Source: a virus
Taxonomy: Duplodnaviria; Caudoviricetes
Virus record (IMG/VR): IMGVR_UViG_3300031519_009791
Coordinates: 1 to 45,612 of that record
Strand: one strand, 5' to 3'
Length of the DNA stretch: 45,612 nt
The position numbers and the translations under genes are program-made. A model generated the notes under the pieces. The model saw only the letters and a program-made list of their open reading frames with translations. It searched no databases and was not told the DNA's origin. Below are positions 8,560 to 17,218 of the stretch, one piece after another (the first letter of the stretch is position 1; each line of letters opens with the position of its first letter).

Positions 8560-9423
8560 TCAACATGCCCTAGGGAATCTAGTCTTAGTAACTTCAAAAT
8601 CTAAAAAGCCCACATATAGTGACGGAGAGATGGAACTTCTTATACTTTCGCTTATCTTTGAGGTGTTGACTCTTTCTATATTAAATATCTCACTTTTGTA
8701 TTCTGTTGCTAGTTCGTCGTAAGAATATTTTCCTGTTTTAATGTCTCCGTATTCATTAATTGGATGAGCTCCGAAGTCTACAGAAGAAAATGCTACATTC
8801 CTAGTATCTGCAAATAAAGAAAGGACGCCGTCTAATTGATATAAATTTTCAGCAAAAACAACTGATTTAAAATTCATAACGGTTTTATCCTCACCACCAA
8901 ATGCAAAAGGTTCATTTTCTATATACTCATTGTTTATAAATATTGCAGGAGTAACAAAATCATATGGAGCTATACCGCTCTCAATAACTGTAAATCTGCT
9001 ATTTGTATCAAACTTCCCTTCTATAACTAAAGATTCTTCTGTGTGGTTTGTGTTATATATATTAAACTCTTTTAATGAAAAAGCTCCACTCCAATTCATG
9101 TTAGCTGAAGCTGCTGCTCCAGTAACCACTATGCCACCGTTATTAAAATCTATATAATATCCATTTGTTGGATCTTCTTTATCTACTGAAGTTCCAGCTC
9201 CAGATAAATCATTAGGAACAAATGCTCCATTCCCTACTCCACTTTCAGTTACCCATTGTTTATATGCACTACTATACCTTTCAAATCCAGCTGGTAATCT
9301 ATCATCATCTATATAAAAAAGATTACCCGTCATATTATTATACGCTTCACCATGCTCTAGAAGATGATGCTCAAACCATAATGTAAAACTCGTTGTTGCT
9401 TCGTGACCAAAAGATATCTTCAT
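8560..9423 (-). CDS. Putative tail terminator/completion protein
   Basis: 287 aa ORF immediately upstream of the tail tube; call from synteny only. Confidence 0.5.
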   Translation of the reverse strand: MKISFGHEATTSFTLWFEHHLLEHGEAYNNMTGNLFYIDDDRLPAGFERYSSAYKQWVTESGVGNGAFVPNDLSGAGTSVDKEDPTNGYYIDFNNGGIVVTGAAASANMNWSGAFSLKEFNIYNTNHTEESLVIEGKFDTNSRFTVIESGIAPYDFVTPAIFINNEYIENEPFAFGGEDKTVMNFKSVVFAENLYQLDGVLSLFADTRNVAFSSVDFGAHPINEYGDIKTGKYSYDELATEYKSEIFNIERVNTSKISESIRSSISPSLYVGFLDFEVTKTRFPRAC

Positions 9424-10088
9424 TATGCAATCTCTCTATTTAATTTTAAAATATCTATTTTAAACTCTTTTAGTATCTTAGACACGTAAGAAACCCTTGT
9501 ATATCTTGATCTTTGAGGTGCGGTAGCTCCACCTGTATCTCCCTCTCCAAATGCTGACTCCGATTTCTTGCCACTTTTTAACTGAATAGAAGGTCCCGAC
9601 CTCGATCCTTCGATATTTTTTCCTGCTCTATATAGGTAATAACCTAACCCAGATATTCCAGTTTCTATTCCATCTAGCCAACTCCTACTGCCCTCAAAAT
9701 CATTTCTAAAATTTGAAAATTTAGTCATTGAAAATAACTCTTCTCTCGTCGGCTCTGTAGTTAAGAATGAAGCTATACCCCTTTTGATATTTATTTTAGC
9801 CAATCTTGATTCTTGTAATCTTTCTCTTATGGGTAAAATTGGGTCGTGTCCAGAAGGAAACCCTATAAATGTAAAAAGATTTCCATATCCAGATAATGTA
9901 CCGCTAGTGTTTGAAGAGTTTGGTCCAGACTCTATTTCTTGAGTTACTGGATGAGATTCAAAAGCTTGCATCATTTTTTCTTTTAAAATTTCAAATCTTA
10001 CCATTGCAATCTTTTCTAATTTAATGCCAATTTCTTTACCTAACTGGGAGTTTATTGAATCTTGTACATCTTTAGGTAATAAAGCCAT
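9423..10088 (-). CDS. Putative neck/tail completion protein
   Basis: 221 aa, translationally coupled to both neighbours; call from synteny. Confidence 0.45.
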   Translation of the reverse strand: MALLPKDVQDSINSQLGKEIGIKLEKIAMVRFEILKEKMMQAFESHPVTQEIESGPNSSNTSGTLSGYGNLFTFIGFPSGHDPILPIRERLQESRLAKINIKRGIASFLTTEPTREELFSMTKFSNFRNDFEGSRSWLDGIETGISGLGYYLYRAGKNIEGSRSGPSIQLKSGKKSESAFGEGDTGGATAPQRSRYTRVSYVSKILKEFKIDILKLNREIA

Positions 10089-10546
10089 TACTCTTCGGTT
10101 GGTAGTAAGAAAAAAGTATAATGAGTGGGTTCGAATAATCCATGAGGTCTAACATCACTTTCTATTGTAAACTTCCTTCCGTCAAACTCCACTCTCTTTG
10201 CTTTTTTTAAATAATCATAACCATCTTTTGCGACTTTTATCCTAACATACCCATCAGGAAGTTTTAATTTCAATTGAGATCCTACCTCTGGGGCAGTTAA
10301 ATTATTTTGACTTCTATCAGTATCGTATGTTATTCTAGCTTTAAAAGAAGCAGAGATTACTTTTTTAGATACGGTTTTTGATTGAATGTTATTTTCCTGA
10401 TATATAGAATTATATGTTGGACTTGTTGAAATTATTGTCGATTCAGCTTCTCTATAAATATATATATCTCTAGCAAAAGTATCGTGCAAATCATTGATTG
10501 CACTTTGTAGAGCTGATTTCTCGGCGCTTGATAATAATGAAGCCAT
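10088..10546 (-). CDS. Putative head closure (stopper) protein
   Basis: 152 aa beta-rich protein ending in RVEFDGRKFTIESDVRPHG, typical of head-tail joining proteins; synteny. Confidence 0.55.
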   Translation of the reverse strand: MASLLSSAEKSALQSAINDLHDTFARDIYIYREAESTIISTSPTYNSIYQENNIQSKTVSKKVISASFKARITYDTDRSQNNLTAPEVGSQLKLKLPDGYVRIKVAKDGYDYLKKAKRVEFDGRKFTIESDVRPHGLFEPTHYTFFLLPTEE

Positions 10547-10555
10547 ACTTATGTA

Positions 10556-10590
10556 TACACTTTTTTTTGAAAAAAAATTTACTTAGTGTA
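10556..10590. promoter_or_regulatory. Divergent pair of GTGTA motifs
   Basis: Minus-strand GTGTA at 10556-10560, 9 nt before ATG 10546, and plus-strand GTGTA at 10586-10590, 14 nt before ATG 10605. Confidence 0.55.
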
Positions 10591-10604
10591 TTATATTTAA
10601 AGGT

Positions 10605-10892
10605 ATGGAAGACAAAGTTATTCTCCAGGAAAGGTACGAAAAACACATTAAAAATTTGTTTAAATCGTTTTTATTTATATTAGAAGATCTCAATGATGAT
10701 CATAGTATAAACTTTGCTAAATTAAAAAGAGCATTACCTAATCATAAAGACCTTATAGATCAAGCAAATTATTTTGATCAAGATAAAATGCAATTTTTAA
10801 GAAAAAGAGTTTTAGATCTTGGTAACGATTCTTTAAGAGGACAAAATGAAGATTTAGAAAAATTTACTGTAATTTTAAATTTTAAACGTTAA
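10605..10892 (+). CDS. Hypothetical protein
   Basis: 95 aa ORF with its own upstream motif, first gene of a plus-strand trio. Confidence 0.75.
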   Translation: MEDKVILQERYEKHIKNLFKSFLFILEDLNDDHSINFAKLKRALPNHKDLIDQANYFDQDKMQFLRKRVLDLGNDSLRGQNEDLEKFTVILNFKR

Positions 10893-10908
10893 CATAAGGT
10901 ATAAAAAT

Positions 10909-11670
10909 ATGAAAGAAATATATAGTTTTGATTTGGAGATAGAGAAAGAGGTTGAGAAAACCGTAGAAAAAAAACGCAAGAATAAGGAAACAGGAGAGCA
11001 GGAAACAGTTTCGACAACTAAAACTGTGAAGGAGCCTGTAGTTCATAGAATCATTCTCAAAGAGCCAAACAGAAGGCAACTTGAAGATGCCGACATGGAG
11101 TACAGTATAGAAATGAGCAAGTGTATTAAAAATGGCATTTTAACTAAAGCTATGCTTGCTAAGAAATACAGCGATACTGGGGGTCTTTTAAGCGAAGAAG
11201 ATGCTAGGTTCTTAACTAGGAAGTATAGTGAGCTTGGAGATTTGCAAAATAAATTTGGAAGGTTATCCGCTAAGCCAAAAAAAGAAAAGAAAGATGAAGA
11301 TAATTTATCCTCGATACTTGGCCAGATAGGCGAGAAAAGAAAAGAAATTGTGGACATGGAAACTAGCTACTCTTCGCTTTTTAATCATACCGCAGATAGT
11401 AAAGCTCAAAACAAGGTTTTACTTTGGTATTTAGTGAATCTTTCTTATTATAGAATATCTGAAGATGAAGAGTGTATTCCTTTCTTTAATGCAGAAGAAA
11501 CTGAAGAAAAAATTGATCAGTATTACGAGGTAGATGAAGAAGGTCATGAAATATTTGACATGATAAAAGATAAAATAACAACCATATTAAGCTTTTGGTA
11601 TTTTAGCCAAGGCGCCAACCTAGAAGATTTCGACCAACTCAATAAAGATATAGATTCAGGCGATGTCTAG
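10909..11670 (+). CDS. Hypothetical acidic protein, possible tail assembly chaperone
   Basis: 253 aa, charged and helical, located within the morphogenesis module. Confidence 0.45.
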   Translation: MKEIYSFDLEIEKEVEKTVEKKRKNKETGEQETVSTTKTVKEPVVHRIILKEPNRRQLEDADMEYSIEMSKCIKNGILTKAMLAKKYSDTGGLLSEEDARFLTRKYSELGDLQNKFGRLSAKPKKEKKDEDNLSSILGQIGEKRKEIVDMETSYSSLFNHTADSKAQNKVLLWYLVNLSYYRISEDEECIPFFNAEETEEKIDQYYEVDEEGHEIFDMIKDKITTILSFWYFSQGANLEDFDQLNKDIDSGDV

Positions 11671-12667
11671 TAAGGTTCATCCTTCTCAATGGAGAAGGAT
11701 GTTTAGGGATGTGGTAAAAGGTTTTACAAGAAAGGAAACGGAAACTTATGGAATTGTTTATATAAAGCACTTAACAACTCATGACCAGGTTGATCTTGAA
11801 GAAATAGAAGATACTTTTTTTGAGAAAGCTCAATCAAAAGGACTTAGCACAGAAAAAGAAAGGCTTGATTCGTTAATTAAAGAAGGTGGATGGACCAAGG
11901 AAGATAGTAAATTTTTAGAATCCCAGAAGGCTTTTATAGGAAATTTAAATAAAGCCAAATTTGACCTAATCTTAAAGTCTCAAATAGATGCTCAACAAAA
12001 AATCATAGAGTCTGAGCTTAAAAAATTAAATGAAAAACTTTTTGAAAAAGAATCCTTGATAGGAAATACTTGCGAAAAATACTCAAAACAAAGAGTTAAT
12101 GATTACTACATAAGCAGAAGTTTTTTTAAAGACGATACTTGCCTTGATCCTTTATTTACTGAAAAACAATATGAAGAATTAACATATAGTGAAGTCGGTT
12201 TTTTTGTAAAAACCCATAATTCGCAATTTTCTTTATTTGAAGAAGAGAATATACAAAGAATGATTCTTGAAGATTTTTATTTTCCATACATGCCTTTTTG
12301 CGAAGATACTATTCAATTTTTTGGAAAACCTGTTTGTGCATTAACTCACAATCAATTAAAATTAATTTTATTTACTAGAGTATTTAAAAATATTTTCGAT
12401 AATAATGAAAACATCCCTGATAAAATAAGGAAAGACCCTCAAGCTTTAATGGATTTCGCTTCCTCCTCAAGAAAGGGGAAAGAAGTTATGGATAAACATG
12501 CGGAAAAGGGTGGGCACAGCACTATAGTAGGCGCTACAAAAGAAGACTATGAATATATGGGAGTTAGTGCCAACGAATCAAAAGGCACACAAACTTTACA
12601 TCAAGCGGCAGAGAAAAAAGGGGGATCCCTAAATATGAATGACTTGATGGATCTTGCTGGTCAGTAA
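11663..12667 (+). CDS. Hypothetical protein, possible second tail assembly chaperone
   Basis: 334 aa with a coiled-coil-like centre; overlaps the upstream gene by 8 nt. Confidence 0.4.
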   Translation: MSSKVHPSQWRRMFRDVVKGFTRKETETYGIVYIKHLTTHDQVDLEEIEDTFFEKAQSKGLSTEKERLDSLIKEGGWTKEDSKFLESQKAFIGNLNKAKFDLILKSQIDAQQKIIESELKKLNEKLFEKESLIGNTCEKYSKQRVNDYYISRSFFKDDTCLDPLFTEKQYEELTYSEVGFFVKTHNSQFSLFEEENIQRMILEDFYFPYMPFCEDTIQFFGKPVCALTHNQLKLILFTRVFKNIFDNNENIPDKIRKDPQALMDFASSSRKGKEVMDKHAEKGGHSTIVGATKEDYEYMGVSANESKGTQTLHQAAEKKGGSLNMNDLMDLAGQ

Positions 12668-13192
12668 TCAAGCAGGAGCATCTTTACCTGCTACTTGCCT
12701 TGGACCACCCCTATAAGAAGTATATCTCTGAAGTAAATCTTTTAAATTGTATTCTGCACTTTCTGCAAAAGTAGAATAAGTTCTAGATGCAGTAATTTTA
12801 GTCGCTGGACTAGCAAGCATTGCCTGTCTCCTTATATAGCTGTCTCCATCCCTAAGTTCTGTCCAATCAGAAGTTACTATACCTCCAGACCCACTAGAAG
12901 AAGAGCTTGATGAACTTGTACTGACTCCCATTAAAGCTTGTCTTCCTAGTTTTGTATAATAATTCTTTAAAAAAACTTGTCTATATATGGCTTTTTCTTC
13001 GATTTGCATTCCTGGGCTACCACCACTGTAGCAAGCATGTATAAGTACATTTAACTCTCCAACATTATTATGAAGCCATCCAGAAATATATCCTACTGAG
13101 ATATCTCCAGTTCTAGAATCAAAATCAAACTGAAAGATTCCAGTTGCAAGATTCCCTATTTCGTTTAACGAACTGTCAAAATGGTAATTCAT
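12668..13192 (-). CDS. Putative head-tail adaptor
   Basis: 174 aa downstream of the capsid genes; contains a poly-Ser linker; synteny. Confidence 0.45.
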   Translation of the reverse strand: MNYHFDSSLNEIGNLATGIFQFDFDSRTGDISVGYISGWLHNNVGELNVLIHACYSGGSPGMQIEEKAIYRQVFLKNYYTKLGRQALMGVSTSSSSSSSSGSGGIVTSDWTELRDGDSYIRRQAMLASPATKITASRTYSTFAESAEYNLKDLLQRYTSYRGGPRQVAGKDAPA

Positions 13193-13635
13193 TTACCATT
13201 CAATATATCCATTATATCTTTCGCCAATGCTGAATCTGGATCTACTATAGGTTGTTCGGTAGGGTTATTGTATTTTTTACTTGAGTCCTTAGTTCCGAAC
13301 TTAGTATTGAATTCTTTTTTAATTTTGTTTTTTAAGGAAGTTTTATTCCCAGATGGAAAAACACTAGCTTTTACAGCTAACTCTTGCATTTGCCTTAAAT
13401 TCATGCCCGTAAGCTTTTCTTCTAGCTTGGATATGGATGATGTCCCGAAAGGGTTCTTAGGGGGGTTCAGCAACTCCTCAATGTCCATAGACAGATTGTG
13501 TTGCTCTTCAGCCTTTCCGTCTGTAAAATGCATTTCTTTTTCTTGAGCTTTTACTCTAGTTTTACCTTTTCTCGCAGTTTTTGCCTTAGACATTACTTCT
13601 ACTTTTGTTTTTGCTGTTATTTTTTTCCTTGCCAT
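13189..13635 (-). CDS. Basic protein with HeH/SAP/Rho-N-like helix-extension-helix motif
   Basis: Lys-rich N-terminus and LTGMNLRQMQELAVKASVFPSGNKTSLKNKI pattern. GTGTA motif upstream at 13666-13670. Confidence 0.5.
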   Translation of the reverse strand: MARKKITAKTKVEVMSKAKTARKGKTRVKAQEKEMHFTDGKAEEQHNLSMDIEELLNPPKNPFGTSSISKLEEKLTGMNLRQMQELAVKASVFPSGNKTSLKNKIKKEFNTKFGTKDSSKKYNNPTEQPIVDPDSALAKDIMDILNGK

Positions 13636-13692
13636 AGTTAGTTTTCTCCTTGTTTTATATTAATATACACTTTTATTGTAAATCCTAGAAAC

Positions 13693-13717
13693 AAAAAATC
13701 CACCCGTAGGTGGATTT
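13693..13717 (-). terminator. Intrinsic terminator after major capsid gene
   Basis: AAATCCACC-TACG-GGTGGATTT hairpin followed by a T-run on the minus strand. Confidence 0.85.
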
Positions 13718-13742
13718 CTTGAAAGAATTTGATGTAGATCTA

Positions 13743-14849
13743 TTAAACCTTCATCGCAAGAATTGCTCCGTCATTAATAACGGTACGACCTTCTTCAAGT
13801 TCAGCATAATAACCGATCTTCTTTGCTCGACCAACATATTGGTCATCAGCACCGACTGTAAGAGTCGTTCCCGACTCAGCGTCAACTGCTACCGCACGAA
13901 TCATCGATTCACGAGAGCGATCCAGTCCGATGACAATATCATCATTAGTTCCCGCTGGTATGTCACAAAGACCAAGCTTACTGGCAACCTTTGTGTATTT
14001 TTGCCCAGAACCAAGTTCATAGCACTCCATGATAGAGACACCATAGAACTCAGGAAGTCCAGCTTGATTGAACAATTGAGACCTAAGCGCATCAGGAGCA
14101 GTAATATTACCTGATTCTTGGTGGGTGTTGGTTCCGCTGTCAGTAACAGTAGCGCCACTTCCAGTAGTATTGATCGGGTTATAAGCCATCTCACGAAGAG
14201 ATTGGATAACCTCAGGAGAAACCATGATATCAGTCATACCACGATTCCTTTCAGGTGATCCACCACTCCAAGAAGGATTGTTCCTCTTCATCTTGGTGAG
14301 CATCTTATTAAAGTCAGCGAGCTTAAACTGTCCAGCAGTTGTAGCAGTCGAAAGCAGCTTTGAAGTATTGTCAGCAATCGTTCCGAAAAGAAGCGAAGCA
14401 GAAGAATTCTCTTGTTGAAGAAGAATTTCTTGAGCGAGTCTCGTCAAACTTTTACTTACAACATCAAGCCTCGAACGAGAAGCATAGCGCTTGTCGAAAT
14501 CAACTGCACTTTCAAGACGGTAAGTAGCAAGCTTCAACTCGCTATGAGTTGGAGTCACATGACTGGAGGGTAATCCACCAGGAGCGTTTGTGCTATAAAC
14601 CTTAATGTAGTCTTCGTCGGTGACGTCGTAATACAGGTCCAAAGGAATGCTGGGATTATCATCAGCAGCAAATTGGAAGGCGGTGAACAAGTTACTCAAA
14701 GTAGGGGCGTTATCAATTACTTCGGCGAGTACTGGTCCGATAAATTCAGCCAAAGCTTGCTGAGCTTCATAAGCAACATCTCTGTTGCGAGAAGCCATAG
14801 CTTTTACCAGTTCTACTTGCTCTTCAGTTCTTTTTAATGTAATATTCAT
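13743..14849 (-). CDS. Major capsid protein (HK97 fold expected)
   Basis: 368 aa. Position after portal, protease/scaffold and decoration genes; higher GC and biased codons; followed by a terminator. Confidence 0.82.
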   Translation of the reverse strand: MNITLKRTEEQVELVKAMASRNRDVAYEAQQALAEFIGPVLAEVIDNAPTLSNLFTAFQFAADDNPSIPLDLYYDVTDEDYIKVYSTNAPGGLPSSHVTPTHSELKLATYRLESAVDFDKRYASRSRLDVVSKSLTRLAQEILLQQENSSASLLFGTIADNTSKLLSTATTAGQFKLADFNKMLTKMKRNNPSWSGGSPERNRGMTDIMVSPEVIQSLREMAYNPINTTGSGATVTDSGTNTHQESGNITAPDALRSQLFNQAGLPEFYGVSIMECYELGSGQKYTKVASKLGLCDIPAGTNDDIVIGLDRSRESMIRAVAVDAESGTTLTVGADDQYVGRAKKIGYYAELEEGRTVINDGAILAMKV

Positions 14850-14884
14850 TGTGTTTAAAACTTTCTTTTTTTAGTGTTAATATT

Positions 14885-15553
14885 TTAGCAATCCAGCTTT
14901 ACGAGATAATACTTACCAGAAAGAGAATCATTACGAATTCCTCCGTAATTATTACCCTTATTGCCTCCTCTTGCTCCAGTAGCTAGTAGCTGTCCAACTT
15001 TAGCATCGGCTGAAAGCTTTACGCAAAACTTTCCGTCTCCGTCTTGAGCTAACTCATCACCAACTGCAAATACAGTGTCTGCACGACCATTCATTCCATT
15101 CTCGTGGACTGCAATAATTCCCTTTGTTAAAACAGGAACTGTTTGTCCAGAAAGAACAGCGTTCAGCTCGTCTTTCTTAACTGGGTTATAAAGTAAGCTC
15201 TCTCCATTTTCGTCAACACTAAGGGTTTGACAAAGTGTTACTCCAAGAGCGGCATTTCCAGAAGCGCCAGGTTTGACCTTCAATGAATTGGTGGGATAAG
15301 GATTCCTTCCAACTGGCGAGTTGTAAGAAGCCATGAAGCGATTATCTTCGGAAACGTCAACTACGTCTTCTCCTGCATTCCCTCCAAGGTTTCCTGCGGA
15401 TACTCCTACGAGAACACCGTCTGCGTTGATACTGTCAGTGCCAGGCTGAATAGCCTTGAGTCCTCCGCCGCTAGTAGAATCCGCATCAAGAGCGAATAAG
15501 TTAACTACGTCGTTTTCGTCGTACTGTCTAAAAGGTAATAATCTGTGTGCCAT
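14885..15553 (-). CDS. Capsid decoration/cement protein, putative
   Basis: 222 aa Gly-rich protein between scaffold and MCP, with a VLSGQTVPVLTKGIIAV...GDEL...GKF...VGQLL pattern. Confidence 0.6.
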   Translation of the reverse strand: MAHRLLPFRQYDENDVVNLFALDADSTSGGGLKAIQPGTDSINADGVLVGVSAGNLGGNAGEDVVDVSEDNRFMASYNSPVGRNPYPTNSLKVKPGASGNAALGVTLCQTLSVDENGESLLYNPVKKDELNAVLSGQTVPVLTKGIIAVHENGMNGRADTVFAVGDELAQDGDGKFCVKLSADAKVGQLLATGARGGNKGNNYGGIRNDSLSGKYYLVKLDC

Positions 15554-15559
15554 GATTTC

Positions 15560-17194
15560 TTAGTATTTAATTGTTAATGAGTCTTTTGTGAACGCTTGCT
15601 GGAACTTTTCCTTTAGCGAAATTTGGTTTTCTGTGGATTCTCCGTTATTGGAAGGTACTTCAGCTTCGGTAGCTTCAGCATTATCAAGAATTTCTTCTAC
15701 AACTTCTTCTTCCTTTTCCTCTACAACTTCTTCAGTTGATTCGGAAGCTTCTGAAGTTTCATTCGAAATCTTTGCTTTGACCGCTGCTTCAACTTTTTCT
15801 TGAAAAGCTTTTTCTTGGCTCGCTAGAAACTCCTTACTCTTATGTTTATAAATAACAGAAAGTCTTTCTTGGTAGTTGGCGAAAGATTCTTCTTTTTCAT
15901 CAATACTCTTAAGGTCTTCAGCCATGATCTTTCGATCTTCATCTGAAAGTTCATAAGATTCGTCAAGCGATTCCATTCTGCGATTAAATAAATCAAGAGC
16001 TTGTACAGCTTTTTGATCTGCCTCAAGACTAGCGATTTGCTCTTGAGAAGAAGCGAGTTGCTCTTCGATAGCTTTCAACTTTTCGTCAGAAGCTTCTTTC
16101 GCTTTTGTGATTTCTTGATTTTGTTTTTCGATTTCAGCTTTCTCTTGTGCGTATGCATCACTTCTTTCCTTAATGGCTTCAGTGACTACTTTAGCAACAT
16201 TAGCAACAGCTTCTTCTGAAAATTTACCAGAAGCCGAAGCTTCGATAGTTTCTTTAAGTTCTTGAATCAGGTCTTTCATATCCATAATGTTAATGTTTTG
16301 TTTTTCGTCTTTGTCAGAAATTACATGCGTTTTTTCCATATGTGAAGAATTTTTTTTAATATTTTTTATTTTTTTTAAAAAATCTTCTGTATTAACTTCT
16401 ATTTTTTCTATTTGTTCTTCTAGATTTTGAGCAGCTAATTCTTCTTTTTTTTTATCGTCTTCTTTCAAATATAAACCTTTAACATCTGCTGCTGGGTTTG
16501 AGGTAAAGCCTATCCCTAACGGATATACGTCTCCAGAAACTAATCTATATATTTCACTTCCATCTTTCATTTTTCCTTCACCGCCAAAAGCTCGAAGATA
16601 TTGCTTCATCTCTTCTATTTGATTTTCATCATCTATGATTTCAGCTTCTTCTAAATTTTTACTTCCAACTGCAATAAGAAAATCGTTAAACCCTATTTCC
16701 CAACTTGCAGAAATAATTTTATACATATTACTATCTTCTTGAGCGGAGTCTTCTACTAATCGAGCGAAGTCTTTATTTACATTCTTATATACTACTGCGG
16801 CTAAAGCTATATTAAAGGGTCCATCTTTTTGATGAGCTTCTTCTTTAGATATCATTTTGTTTGTTTGAAACTCGGAGAACCCAGATGATACTACATGACC
16901 AACTACCTTTTCTTTTTTATGCTCTATATTAGTTGGCTTATGAACAAAGTAATCTGAAACTGCCAAAGCGGTCTCTGTATTTATACCATCATGATTCTTA
17001 TTGAATCTATTTACTACTGCGGCATTGAAGGCCACTGCAAGTAAATCTACGTTTGCATCTAAATCAATGTTTTTTGGAACTAGAGATTCTAGTTCACTCA
17101 ATGACGCTTCCGATATTTCTTTTGAGTCTTTTAAATTCGACGATGCAATTATCTCACTAGAAAACGAAGCTTTATATTTAAAATTATCTTGCAT
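15560..17194 (-). CDS. Prohead protease fused to scaffolding domain, putative
   Basis: N-terminal globular domain (NKNHDGI, PTNIEH...VVGHV, SASWEIGF, IGFTSNPAA) and a highly acidic coiled-coil C-terminal half. Lies between portal and capsid genes. GTGTA at 17205-17209. Confidence 0.72.
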   Translation of the reverse strand: MQDNFKYKASFSSEIIASSNLKDSKEISEASLSELESLVPKNIDLDANVDLLAVAFNAAVVNRFNKNHDGINTETALAVSDYFVHKPTNIEHKKEKVVGHVVSSGFSEFQTNKMISKEEAHQKDGPFNIALAAVVYKNVNKDFARLVEDSAQEDSNMYKIISASWEIGFNDFLIAVGSKNLEEAEIIDDENQIEEMKQYLRAFGGEGKMKDGSEIYRLVSGDVYPLGIGFTSNPAADVKGLYLKEDDKKKEELAAQNLEEQIEKIEVNTEDFLKKIKNIKKNSSHMEKTHVISDKDEKQNINIMDMKDLIQELKETIEASASGKFSEEAVANVAKVVTEAIKERSDAYAQEKAEIEKQNQEITKAKEASDEKLKAIEEQLASSQEQIASLEADQKAVQALDLFNRRMESLDESYELSDEDRKIMAEDLKSIDEKEESFANYQERLSVIYKHKSKEFLASQEKAFQEKVEAAVKAKISNETSEASESTEEVVEEKEEEVVEEILDNAEATEAEVPSNNGESTENQISLKEKFQQAFTKDSLTIKY

Positions 17195-17218
17195 AACAAT
17201 AATTTACACAAAAAAAAA

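Noticed and set aside
11640-11670. Programmed -1 frameshift between the putative chaperone genes
   Set aside because: No clear X XXY YYZ slippery site near the overlap, and the second gene has its own ATG.
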